Assembly (NCBI GenBank): GCA_051748445.1
Contig: JBNJHL010000003.1
Location: 1-47,315 of the forward strand
Direction: 5' to 3'
Length of the DNA: 47,315 nt
From: Bacillota bacterium
GTDB taxonomy: Bacteria > Bacillota > Dethiobacteria > DTU022
Below the pieces are notes generated by a model. That model made no database searches and was not told the DNA's origin. It was given only the letters and a program-made list of their open reading frames with translations. Both the position numbers and the translations under genes were made by a program. Positions 1-8,379 of the stretch are shown one piece after another (the stretch's first letter is position 1; each line of letters begins with the position of its first letter).

Positions 1-66
1 TTAATTAATTATAAATTATCAAATACTTTATATTGTCAATTTTGATCATCTGAAGGAGGGTTAATT

Positions 67-618
67 ATGAAAACTCCTGAAGATAGCTATAATTTAGCAG
101 CCCTGTTAAGAGATAACGAAAGGTTCGTAATTTCTTCCATTTATTCACGGGCTACAGGAGCGCAGGCGGTATCTGCCAGCACTACCAGGCTGCATAATAT
201 CGCAGGCAAGTATACAGGGAAAGATGATCCTGTTATGCTTGTACGTTGCCAGAAGGATTTTCCTGCAACTGGTGAAATTTTGTCACCATATAGCATTGGC
301 CATTATGTGGCCGGTTTCATGCGAGGAAGTCATACCGGACCGCTCATGCCGGTCAAGATGGGTGATGCAATTTCTTATTTTGATGGACCACCGATAGTAA
401 GTTGCGTTGGATTTTGTGTGCATAATGGTAAGTTAACCGAACCGATTGACTGTTTTGATCATCCTTACTGGGATCATATCAGGGAAAAAGTATCTCGAAA
501 AGCTTCTTATATCAGAGAACAAGGTTTTTCCGGTCCGGCAATGCTTCATTATTCTGAGCTTGAATACGGGGGTATTGTTGATATAATGGAAAAATTGGAT
601 GAGAGATTTTCCTGTTAA
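67..618 (+). CDS. Fructose-1,6-bisphosphate aldolase/phosphatase (archaeal-type class V FBPase), C-terminal half only, as a free-standing 183-aa ORF
   Basis: Colinear with roughly the C-terminal half of FBP aldolase/phosphatases (IAGKYTGKDDPVMLVR, MRGSHTGPLMPV, FDGPP). Strong SD GAAGGAGGG at 52-60, ATG at 67. Positions 1-66 are AT-rich non-coding, so the N-terminal half is not encoded immediately upstream. Confidence 0.7.
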   Translation: MKTPEDSYNLAALLRDNERFVISSIYSRATGAQAVSASTTRLHNIAGKYTGKDDPVMLVRCQKDFPATGEILSPYSIGHYVAGFMRGSHTGPLMPVKMGDAISYFDGPPIVSCVGFCVHNGKLTEPIDCFDHPYWDHIREKVSRKASYIREQGFSGPAMLHYSELEYGGIVDIMEKLDERFSC

Positions 619-654
619 CTGATATTCTTTAAAAAACTTCAAAGTATCCGTATG

Positions 655-689
655 GGCAGATGTTATTATAATTTATCTGCCTTTTTTTT
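655..689 (+). terminator. Rho-independent terminator after the FBPase fragment
   Basis: Stem GGCAGAT (655-661) / ATCTGCC (675-681), followed by T8 (682-689). Confidence 0.8.
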
Positions 690-755
690 GTACAAATATA
701 ATAATTAAAGATCTTGGATTTTTACAATTAAGCCAGATCAATTTTACCGATGTTG

Positions 756-784
756 TTGATTTTTTTGTGGGTTCAGGTTAAAAT
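756..784 (+). promoter_or_regulatory. Candidate sigma-A promoter for the transaminase-reductase gene
   Basis: TTGATT (756-761), 17-nt spacer, TAAAAT (779-784). Hand-counted. Confidence 0.45.
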
Positions 785-795
785 AGCACCATTGG

Positions 796-815
796 TGTGC
801 ACACTATTGTGCACA
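796..815. promoter_or_regulatory. Two copies of the self-complementary octamer TGTGCACA, a possible operator
   Basis: TGTGCACA at 796-803 and 808-815, 12 bp apart. They lie between the candidate -10 and the SD (ACAGGAGG, 821-828) of the downstream gene. Confidence 0.35.
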
Positions 816-835
816 GATCTACAGGAGGTTCATTT

Positions 836-3454
836 ATGAATAATTATACCCGCTTCGTTAATCCATACCTGGGCAAGATGCTGGAGAGTATCAAGCTCGA
901 TCAAAAATATGTCCGTGGTGAAGGCTGTCATCTTTTTGATGACCAGGGCAATCGTTACCTGGACTGCATTGCTGCTTACGGAGCTTTACCCTTTGGCCAT
1001 AATCCTGAAGCGATCTGGGGAGCAATCAATAATTACAGGGATTCCGGGGAACCTAACTTTATCCAACCATCCGCTCTTGATGCTGCCGGTGAATTGGCCC
1101 GCCTCCTGGTTGAAATTAGTCCTGAAGGGCTGGAATATGTTACATTTGCCAACAGTGGCGCCGAAGCGGTGGAAGCGGCAATAAAGCTGTGCCGCTCTTC
1201 GACAGGACGCCCGGGAATACTGGCTACTGACAACAGCTTTCACGGGAAAACTTTCGGGGCGTTATCTGCAACAGGCAACTACGCTTACCAGGAAGTTTTC
1301 AATGCACCCGCCGAAGGGTTTAATCATATCCCTTACGGTGATCTTGAGGCCCTGAAAAAGGAACTGTCAGCTAAACCCAATTACTATGCCGCTTTTTTTA
1401 TTGAGCCGATCCAGGGTGAAGGTGGGATTGTAGAACCTCCCAAGGGATATCTTCCAGCTGTAAAGGAGATTTGCCGGGAGCATAAAGTTCTGCTTGTTCT
1501 TGACGAAGTACAGACCGGCCTCGGCAGAACGGGCGCTCTGTTTGCCTGTGAGCAGGAGAATGTTGCGCCCGACGGAATGGTTCTGGCCAAGGCTTTAGGT
1601 GGAGGTATAATGCCGATCGGTGCCTGTCTTAGCACAGCCGATGTTTATACAGAAGACTTTGGGTTAAAACACTCTTCCACCTTTGCCGGTAACTCCCTGG
1701 CCTGCAGGGTCGGGCTAAAGGTTATGAAAGAACTGACTGCTAATAATAACGCTTTGATAAAAAGTGTGCGTCTTAAGGGCGATCTTTTAAAGAAGGGTCT
1801 AATTGAGCTTAAAGAAAAGTACCCCGGATTGATCAGTGCTGTCCGCGGCCGCGGTTTAATGCTGGGCCTGGAGTTCTACATGGACCGGGAACACTTTCCC
1901 GGAAGCCTTCTGGGTGTAATGGCCGAACAGGAACTATTGACTCCTGCGATCTCGTCATACCTTTTAAACGTAGAGAATGTTAGGGTTGCCCCGACCCTGA
2001 ATGGTAATGCAGTTATCCGGATTGAACCGCCACTTATTATCAACGAAAAGCAGTGCTACGAAGCCCTTGACGGTATTGATTCAATGCTGGAAGTTTTAAG
2101 TGAAGGTAACACGGCCAAATTTCTCTCTTACTTGATCAGGCCGGGAAAAACTGGTGATTTTCCAGCTTTTACTCCATATCCGACCAAAGAAGTGTTTCCC
2201 AGTGGTGAGCCGGAAGAAGGTCGTTTCGCCTTTTTAATTCATGCCCTGGATCTTGAAAGTTACCACCAGTTTGATAACAGCCTGCTTGCTTTCAGTGAAG
2301 ATGAGCTGGCCGAGCTAACCGGGCGGTTTGGCGATATGATTGAACCTTTCATTGCCGGTAAAACGAAAATATATTCTGAAGCCGGCAAAATAGCCTATGG
2401 TGAATTTATTGGCCTGCCCCGCACGACAGAGGAATTTGTGCAGATGCCTCGAAAACAGGCCATGGCAGAGCTAAAAGCGGCTGTTAGGATGGCTCGTGAA
2501 CGCGGAGCAAAAATTGTCGGTCTAGGGGCCTTTACGGCTGTTGCTTCCATGGGTGGGCTTTATCTGAAAAATGAAGGGGTGCCGATTACAACCGGTAACA
2601 GCTATACCGTTGTTTCTGCCGTTGATGCAGTTAATACAGCAACAGAAAAACTACATGTTGACCGTTCCCATTCTACTGCCGCTATTGTTGGCGCTGCAGG
2701 TTCAATTGGTCGGGGCATTTCACTTTTACTTTCAGAAACTGTCCCCCGCCTGATTTTGATCGGTAACCCCAGCAATAAAACTGCCAGCGATAGGTTGCAC
2801 CTGGTTGCCGCTGAAATCTATCGTTACCAGTCTGCCATCTTAAGGCAGGGAAGGCCCCTAAAACCGGGGAGTATGGGCCATGTTTTAGCCGATTGTTCCG
2901 AACTGCCCGCCCCGGATGCCCCGATGGAAGAGTTTGAGGCTTTTGCCGACGGCGAAGGACGGCGCAGGGGAATCATAGAGTTTTCAACCGACATAGATGC
3001 GGTGCTGGCCCGGGCTGATATTGTAATCAGCGCTACCAGCGCCACGGAAAAAGTCATTCATGCCGGCAATCTCAGGACCGGTGCGATTGTCTGTGACATT
3101 TCCCGTCCGGCCAATGTTAGCGAAGAAGTTGATCAGGCTCGCCCCGATGTGCTGGTTATAGATGGTGGAGTAGTTGAAGTACCCGGCCAACCTTCACTTG
3201 GTTGGGACTTTGGTTTTGAAGAAGGATTGGCTTATGCCTGCATGGCTGAAACTATGATGCTGGCCCTGGAGCAGCAGTATAAGCATTATAGTTTAGGTTC
3301 TTCCGGGGTAAACCTTGAGTCGATACTGCGAACCAGGTATCTTGCCGATGAGCATGGTTTCAAACTGGCTAATTTCCGCAGCTTTAATCGTCCCCTGAGC
3401 GATGAAAGCTGGGAGAGATTGCTGCAAACCCGCAAAGAATTGGCCCTTCGCTGA
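836..3454 (+). CDS. Fusion protein: class-III PLP aminotransferase (putrescine/omega-amine type) N-terminal domain plus acyl-ACP reductase (AAR)-like NAD(P)-binding C-terminal domain
   Basis: The track ORF is 797-3454; ATG at 836 follows SD AGGAGG. N-terminal domain: SFHGKTFGALSATG, LDEVQTGLGRTG, LAKALGGG (PLP Lys). C-terminal domain (from about 2219): FAFLIHALDLES, ITTGNSYT, VGAAGSIGRG Rossmann motif, VIDGGVVE, AYACMAETMMLALE. It is colinear with cyanobacterial aldehyde-forming acyl-ACP reductase, including the catalytic Cys. Confidence 0.8.
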   Translation: MNNYTRFVNPYLGKMLESIKLDQKYVRGEGCHLFDDQGNRYLDCIAAYGALPFGHNPEAIWGAINNYRDSGEPNFIQPSALDAAGELARLLVEISPEGLEYVTFANSGAEAVEAAIKLCRSSTGRPGILATDNSFHGKTFGALSATGNYAYQEVFNAPAEGFNHIPYGDLEALKKELSAKPNYYAAFFIEPIQGEGGIVEPPKGYLPAVKEICREHKVLLVLDEVQTGLGRTGALFACEQENVAPDGMVLAKALGGGIMPIGACLSTADVYTEDFGLKHSSTFAGNSLACRVGLKVMKELTANNNALIKSVRLKGDLLKKGLIELKEKYPGLISAVRGRGLMLGLEFYMDREHFPGSLLGVMAEQELLTPAISSYLLNVENVRVAPTLNGNAVIRIEPPLIINEKQCYEALDGIDSMLEVLSEGNTAKFLSYLIRPGKTGDFPAFTPYPTKEVFPSGEPEEGRFAFLIHALDLESYHQFDNSLLAFSEDELAELTGRFGDMIEPFIAGKTKIYSEAGKIAYGEFIGLPRTTEEFVQMPRKQAMAELKAAVRMARERGAKIVGLGAFTAVASMGGLYLKNEGVPITTGNSYTVVSAVDAVNTATEKLHVDRSHSTAAIVGAAGSIGRGISLLLSETVPRLILIGNPSNKTASDRLHLVAAEIYRYQSAILRQGRPLKPGSMGHVLADCSELPAPDAPMEEFEAFADGEGRRRGIIEFSTDIDAVLARADIVISATSATEKVIHAGNLRTGAIVCDISRPANVSEEVDQARPDVLVIDGGVVEVPGQPSLGWDFGFEEGLAYACMAETMMLALEQQYKHYSLGSSGVNLESILRTRYLADEHGFKLANFRSFNRPLSDESWERLLQTRKELALR

Positions 3455-3505
3455 AAACTGTGTTAGAATAAGCAAATAATAATAGATGATACAGTTTCTG
3501 AAAGG

Positions 3506-4990
3506 GTGGGTGTAGTGGAACAAAACAGCGTTCGTAAAAAGCAGCAAGAGCAGAATAAAGAATTTGTTAAAGAAATTACTCCTAAAAATGTAGACTATTC
3601 TCAGTGGTATATTGATGTAATACTGAAAACAAAAATGATGGATTACGCTCCCATGAAAGGTTTTATGGCTATACGGCCGTTTGGTTTTGCTCTTTGGGAA
3701 AAAATACAGGAACAGCTGGATCGACGCTTTAAAGATACCGGTCATCAAAATGCCTATTTCCCCACGTTTATACCCCAGAGTTTACTGCAAAAAGAAGCAG
3801 AGCATGTCGAAGGTTTTGCCCCTGAGCTGGCCTGGGTGACCAAGGGAGGCAATGAGATATTAAATGAACCCCTTGCTGTTCGTCCCACATCCGAGGCAAT
3901 TATATGTGATTTTTACTCCCGCTGGATTCAGTCCTGGCGAGATCTGCCTGTATTAATTAACCAGTGGTGCAATGTAGTTCGCTGGGAAAGATCAACCCGG
4001 CCCTTCCTGCGTACTTCCGAATTCTTGTGGCAGGAGGGACATACCTGTCACCGGACGGAAGAAGAAGCGGAAAAAGAGACCCTGCAGATGCTCGAGGTAT
4101 ACAGAGAATTCCTGGAAACAGAAATGGCAATTCCCGCTATAGCCGGCCGGAAAACGGAGCGCGAAAAATTTGCCGGAGCCCTGCGTACTTATTCGGTAGA
4201 AGCCCTGATGAGCGACGGACGGGCTTTACAGGCCGGTACTTCGCATAACCTTGGCCAGCACTTTGCAAAGGTGTTTGATATAACCTTCCTTGATCAGGAT
4301 GATCAGCTAAAACATATCTGGCAGACAAGCTGGGGTGCTTCAACCCGTCTAGTTGGAGCACTAATTATGATTCACGGTGATGATCGCGGATTGGTGCTGC
4401 CGCCACGCATGGCCCCGACCCAGGTTGTAATTGTTCCCATATTAAGCAAAAAAGAAAAAGAGCTTGTCCTGGAATCAGTTTGCGAGCTTGAAAGTCAGCT
4501 GAAGCAGGATTTGCGGGTTAAGCTGGATGACCGGGAGGAATATTCCCCAGGCTGGAAATTTAACGACTGGGAGATGAAGGGAACTCCTGTCCGGATCGAG
4601 GTTGGGCCAAAAGACCTTGATAAGGGCCATGTCGTTATGGTCCGTCGTGATACTGGCGAAAAAGAATTTGTAAACCGTGAAGAGGTGCCGGCCCGTTTGA
4701 AAGAGCTGTTAGGACAGATCCAAAATGATATGCTTGAGAGGGCTCTTGCATTTCGCAAAGCCAGTACCCGTATCGGTGATGACTACGAAGAATTTAAGAG
4801 GTTGATGGAAACAGAACGTGGCCTTTACCTGGCACCCTGGTGCGGTGAAGATGCCTGTGAAGAAAAGGTCAAAAATGAAACCAGGGCCACTATTCGCTGT
4901 CTTCCTTTTGATACTGAATTACCCGGCGAAAGATGTTTTGCCTGCGGAGAAAAGGCTGTAGCTGCCGCCTATTTTGCCCGGGCATACTAG
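3506..4990 (+). CDS. proS: Prolyl-tRNA synthetase (archaeal/eukaryotic-like type)
   Basis: Full-length class II ProRS (ITPKNVDYSQWY, RPTSE, FLRTSEFLWQEGH, C-terminal Zn-type CGEDAC...CFACG). The start may be GTG 3506 or the in-frame GTG 3515. Confidence 0.9.
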   Translation: MGVVEQNSVRKKQQEQNKEFVKEITPKNVDYSQWYIDVILKTKMMDYAPMKGFMAIRPFGFALWEKIQEQLDRRFKDTGHQNAYFPTFIPQSLLQKEAEHVEGFAPELAWVTKGGNEILNEPLAVRPTSEAIICDFYSRWIQSWRDLPVLINQWCNVVRWERSTRPFLRTSEFLWQEGHTCHRTEEEAEKETLQMLEVYREFLETEMAIPAIAGRKTEREKFAGALRTYSVEALMSDGRALQAGTSHNLGQHFAKVFDITFLDQDDQLKHIWQTSWGASTRLVGALIMIHGDDRGLVLPPRMAPTQVVIVPILSKKEKELVLESVCELESQLKQDLRVKLDDREEYSPGWKFNDWEMKGTPVRIEVGPKDLDKGHVVMVRRDTGEKEFVNREEVPARLKELLGQIQNDMLERALAFRKASTRIGDDYEEFKRLMETERGLYLAPWCGEDACEEKVKNETRATIRCLPFDTELPGERCFACGEKAVAAAYFARAY

Positions 4991-5008
4991 GTCGGTCGGA
5001 ATATATTG

Positions 5009-5596
5009 ATGAAAAAACAAAAAAAAGAGCTGCGAAAAAAGGTAATCAGTGAGCGCGACCAGCTGACAAAAAAAGATCTGGCTGAGAAAAGCCGGCATAT
5101 TGCCGATAATCTCTTCAGTCTGCCGGCTTACCACCATGCTAATACGATTATGTACTTTATTTCATTCGGCACAGAGGTAGATACCAGGCCCATGGTCGAG
5201 GAAACAATCAGGCAGGGTAAAGTAGCCCTGGCTCCGAAGCCACGGCCGCAGGAAAGAATCATGATTCCTTCCCGGATTCTTGATTGGGATCGTGATCTTG
5301 TTACCGGAGCCTATAATATCCCCGAGCCGAAAGAAGAAGCGCTTCGACCCTATCACCCCTGGGAAATTGATCTTTTAATAGTTCCTGGTGTAGCCTTTGA
5401 TTTGAAGGGCAATCGTCTTGGGTATGGCGGTGGTTACTATGATCGTTTCTTTGAGTTACTGAAAAAGGACACCCCCCTGGTTGCCCTGGTGTTTGAGCTG
5501 CAGGTAGTGCCCGAAGTTCCCGTAGAAGAATGGGATCGAAGGGTTGATCTTATCATTACCGAAAAACGTATCATCAACCCCGGTGAAAACATTTAG
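5009..5596 (+). CDS. 5-formyltetrahydrofolate cyclo-ligase
   Basis: LRKKV...R, VPGVAFDLKGNRLGYGGGYYDRF motif. ATG 5009 (TTG 5006 is also in frame). Confidence 0.85.
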   Translation: MKKQKKELRKKVISERDQLTKKDLAEKSRHIADNLFSLPAYHHANTIMYFISFGTEVDTRPMVEETIRQGKVALAPKPRPQERIMIPSRILDWDRDLVTGAYNIPEPKEEALRPYHPWEIDLLIVPGVAFDLKGNRLGYGGGYYDRFFELLKKDTPLVALVFELQVVPEVPVEEWDRRVDLIITEKRIINPGENI

Positions 5597-5612
5597 TTTT
5601 TTAACTGTTCAT

Positions 5613-5818
5613 CCTGCCTGAGAAAACTGCGTTCGCTGATCGTTTGGACCGGAACTGCACCGGTTTAGCTTCAACCTTACAATGGGTTACCCTCGCGATA
5701 AGCTCATCCAGGGCTCTCGCTCGGTGTCCGACTCATTAAAGGCCAACCCGCTCCAGGTCTTGTTTCACCGGCATTGCCATGCCTGCACTTTATGCTCACT
5801 TTAGTTCTCTTAAGCAGG
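5613..5818 (+). repeat. Structured intergenic element, copy 1 (paralogous to 15803-15999 on the minus strand); candidate ncRNA
   Basis: The termini pair over 16 positions (5613-5628 with 5803-5818; 13 WC, 1 GU, 2 mismatches). Internal hairpin ACCGG/CCGGT (5648-5652/5660-5664). The first 64 nt (5612-5675) align ungapped with the reverse complement of 15937-16000 at 48/64 identities (hand-counted). No ORF. Confidence 0.6.
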
Positions 5819-5872
5819 CTGGACAATACATATTGATGATATAGGCAGGGTGGTTAAAAAGTTTTATAATTA

Positions 5873-6490
5873 CTATTTCTGCTTAAAAAAGCCGTGGAAA
5901 AGCAAGTCCATTATTGTGCTGGTGATATGTTCTAAATTATCCTCCTGCTCGTTTACAACTTCCCATATAAATCTGTCTACCAGTAAGATGTACGCCTTGG
6001 CTCCTACCTGTATATCAAATTCCTTGGCTAAACCCTTTTCCTTTGAATATTCAAAAGAGCGGGCCGAGCTTTTTATGAACTGGTCTATAATGCTCTGCCA
6101 GTGATCGGCTATTGAATCAGACTGACCAAGCGCCTCCTGGTAAACTTTCATAATCGGACGGTGTTGTTCTGCCAGGCGAAAAGAAGTTAAAACCAGCTCA
6201 TAATAAGCGTTGCGTGCTTCTTCCTGGGTTTCCGGAGCAAAAGGAACTTCTAAAAGGTTATAAAACTCATCAAGGACGTTATCGACAACTTTGTTTAGGA
6301 TATCGTCTTTGCCTTTAAAATGACTGTAAACAGTGCCGTATCCAACTTTTGCCTGCTGGCTTATTTTTGCAATTGTAGTTTTTGCGTAACCTTCATTCAA
6401 AAAAACATCCAGCGCAGTATCTAAAATAAGCTTGCGGGTAATCCTGCTGCGCAAATAACGGCGTGGCCTCCTGGGTGCTTTATTTTCCAC
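5873..6490 (-). CDS. TetR/AcrR family transcriptional regulator
   Basis: N-terminal HTH TTIAKISQQAKVGYGTVYSHFKGKDDIL. GTG start at 6490, with AGGAGG 11 nt upstream (complement of 6502-6507). Confidence 0.85.
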   Translation of the reverse strand: MENKAPRRPRRYLRSRITRKLILDTALDVFLNEGYAKTTIAKISQQAKVGYGTVYSHFKGKDDILNKVVDNVLDEFYNLLEVPFAPETQEEARNAYYELVLTSFRLAEQHRPIMKVYQEALGQSDSIADHWQSIIDQFIKSSARSFEYSKEKGLAKEFDIQVGAKAYILLVDRFIWEVVNEQEDNLEHITSTIMDLLFHGFFKQK

Positions 6491-6506
6491 AGTGTAAACA
6501 TCCTCC

Positions 6507-6524
6507 TTAATTTGTATAAATTAA
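6507..6524. promoter_or_regulatory. Palindrome TTAATTT-N4-AAATTAA in the tetR leader, a possible TetR operator
   Basis: 7-bp perfect arms between the minus-strand extended -10 (TGATATAAT; TATAAT is the complement of 6536-6541) and the tetR SD. Confidence 0.35.
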
Positions 6525-6686
6525 ACTTTGACGACATTATATCATTTTATAAAAATTTTTACAAAGCATAATTTTAGGCTTAAAACGTTTTAATAAGCAG
6601 AAAAAAGCACCTTTTGCATTTTAGTTGTTGATTTAGTAATATTATAAAGGCAGATGTGATGATCTAATACTTTTTAGGAGAAAGCT

Positions 6687-7379
6687 ATGGCAATATTTGC
6701 TATTGGTGATATTCACCTTTCCCATGGACAGGATAAACCGATGAATATATTCGGCTCTGAATGGGAATCCCATATTGAAAAAATTAGTAATAATTGGCAG
6801 GAAACAGTTGGTAAAGATGACCTTGTTATAGTTGCCGGTGATATTTCCTGGGCCATGCATCTTTCTGATGCTGCGGAAGATCTCTTGTGGTTGGCTGAAC
6901 AGCCCGGCACAAAACTTTTAATAAAAGGTAATCATGATTACTGGTGGAATTCGATTGGCAAAGTTCGGGCAGTTCTGCCGCGGGGTATCTATGCCCTGCA
7001 AAATGATCATTTTTTATGGGATGATTGTATTGTTTGTGGAACCAGGGGTTGGATTTGCCCCGGTGAGGAAGGTTTTGATAATGAACAGGATCAAAAACTT
7101 TACCTGCGGGAGGTTCAGCGCCTGGAATTATCTCTGAACAGCGCTTCCTCCAAACCCTCGGAAAACATTATTGCTGCTCTTCATTTTCCACCTTTCAACC
7201 GTAAGAACCAGCCCAGTGCTTTTACCGAACTTTTGGAAAATTATTCAGTTAACATTTGTGTTTTTGGTCATATACACGATAGCGGAAGGGATTATATATT
7301 CCAGGGTGTACGGAATGGGGTAGAATACCGGTTTGTTGCTGCTGATGGGTTAGGTTTTACACCGCTGAGAATTGTTTGA
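6687..7379 (+). CDS. Metallophosphoesterase (calcineurin-like)
   Basis: GDIHLSH, VAGDISW, GNHDYWW, GHIH motifs. SD AGGAGA upstream of ATG 6687. Confidence 0.8.
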   Translation: MAIFAIGDIHLSHGQDKPMNIFGSEWESHIEKISNNWQETVGKDDLVIVAGDISWAMHLSDAAEDLLWLAEQPGTKLLIKGNHDYWWNSIGKVRAVLPRGIYALQNDHFLWDDCIVCGTRGWICPGEEGFDNEQDQKLYLREVQRLELSLNSASSKPSENIIAALHFPPFNRKNQPSAFTELLENYSVNICVFGHIHDSGRDYIFQGVRNGVEYRFVAADGLGFTPLRIV

Positions 7380-7653
7380 TTATCGACATTGACATGATTC
7401 TACTTTATGGTTGTTTCAGTTTTCTTTTTACAGTTTCAGGATATATGATCTTTTTACTTTATAAGCAGGATTGAAAGAAAAAAAAGATAATAATAATGTA
7501 AGATATAATCAATAAGTTTGGTAGTCAGAAAACTGGTGCCGGAATGTCTTTAGACGAGCAAATAAAGTAATATGATCTTTGCCATGGTTTGCTTTTGTTC
7601 TTCTGGTTCCCTGGCTATCTGACTTCTGACTTCTAAAACGGGAGGGCTTCAGT

Positions 7654-8148
7654 ATGAGCTTATTAATTGAAAATGAAGAAACAGTAACCGAGGAAATAGA
7701 TCTCAGTAAAGTAGATAAACTAATTGAGCCTTACGTTGGTAAAAAAGAGATGTTGATTCCGGCTTTGCAGAAAGTCCAGGAGTATTTTGGTTACCTGCCC
7801 CGGCCTGCAGCCGAGCAGGTGTCAAAAAGGATGAGAATACCCTTAAGCAGGCTTTATGGAGTGGCAACATTTTATGCCCAGTTTAAAATGAAGCCACGTG
7901 GCCGCAATATTATCAGGGTCTGCCAGGGCACTGCCTGCCATATCCAGGGCAGCCCGAAAATTGCTGAACGGATTGAAGAAGAACTAAGCATAGAAAGCGG
8001 AGAAACCACAGATGATTTACGCTATACCCTGGAAGAAGTTGCCTGTATCGGGGCTTGCGCTCTTGCCCCGGTTATCATGATTAATAATGAGCCTCACGGA
8101 CGGCTTACGCCTGATAAAATTAAATCTATTCTTGATAGTTACGAGTAA
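7654..8148 (+). CDS. NuoE/HydC-like [2Fe-2S] subunit of NAD(P)H-linked oxidoreductase
   Basis: Thioredoxin-like 2Fe-2S pattern C..GTAC...C.GAC. SD GGGAGGG before ATG 7654. First gene of the fdh operon. Confidence 0.85.
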   Translation: MSLLIENEETVTEEIDLSKVDKLIEPYVGKKEMLIPALQKVQEYFGYLPRPAAEQVSKRMRIPLSRLYGVATFYAQFKMKPRGRNIIRVCQGTACHIQGSPKIAERIEEELSIESGETTDDLRYTLEEVACIGACALAPVIMINNEPHGRLTPDKIKSILDSYE

Positions 8149-8166
8149 ATACCAGGAGGTTGCCGG

Positions 8167-8346
8167 ATGGAAAATTTTATTGACCATTGTTGTGAAAAAT
8201 GCACACACAGTAAAGAAAACCCCTGCAAAGATTTCGTTAAGTGCTGTTTAGAAGGGCCAATCTGTCATGAAAATAAAACCTGTGCTGAGAAAAGAAAAGC
8301 TATGATTGACAGGGTTGCCCTCAATGAAGATTTCACAATTTGTTAA
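8167..8346 (+). CDS. Small Cys-rich hypothetical protein (59 aa), absent from the ORF track
   Basis: ATG 8167 lies 7 nt after AGGAGG (8154-8159); TAA at 8344-8346. Translation: MENFIDHCCEKCTHSKENPCKDFVKCCLEGPICHENKTCAEKRKAMIDRVALNEDFTIC (9 Cys, 3 His). It fills the nuoE-nuoF gap on the operon strand. Confidence 0.55.
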   Translation: MENFIDHCCEKCTHSKENPCKDFVKCCLEGPICHENKTCAEKRKAMIDRVALNEDFTIC

Positions 8347-8379
8347 ATAATTGCTTTGTTTAGAGGGAGGTACGCTGAT

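Noticed and set aside
3293-3748. 151-aa minus-strand ORF spanning the gene boundary before proS
   Set aside because: It overlaps the 3' end of the fusion gene and the 5' end of proS in antisense. Its composition is hydrophobic, low-complexity and AT-driven, and it has no SD.
7380-7653. Moco riboswitch or other leader upstream of the fdh operon
   Set aside because: The 274-nt spacer is AT-rich with a short tandem CTGACTT repeat (about 7620-7636). I could not recognise Moco-motif conserved segments or a convincing stem architecture.
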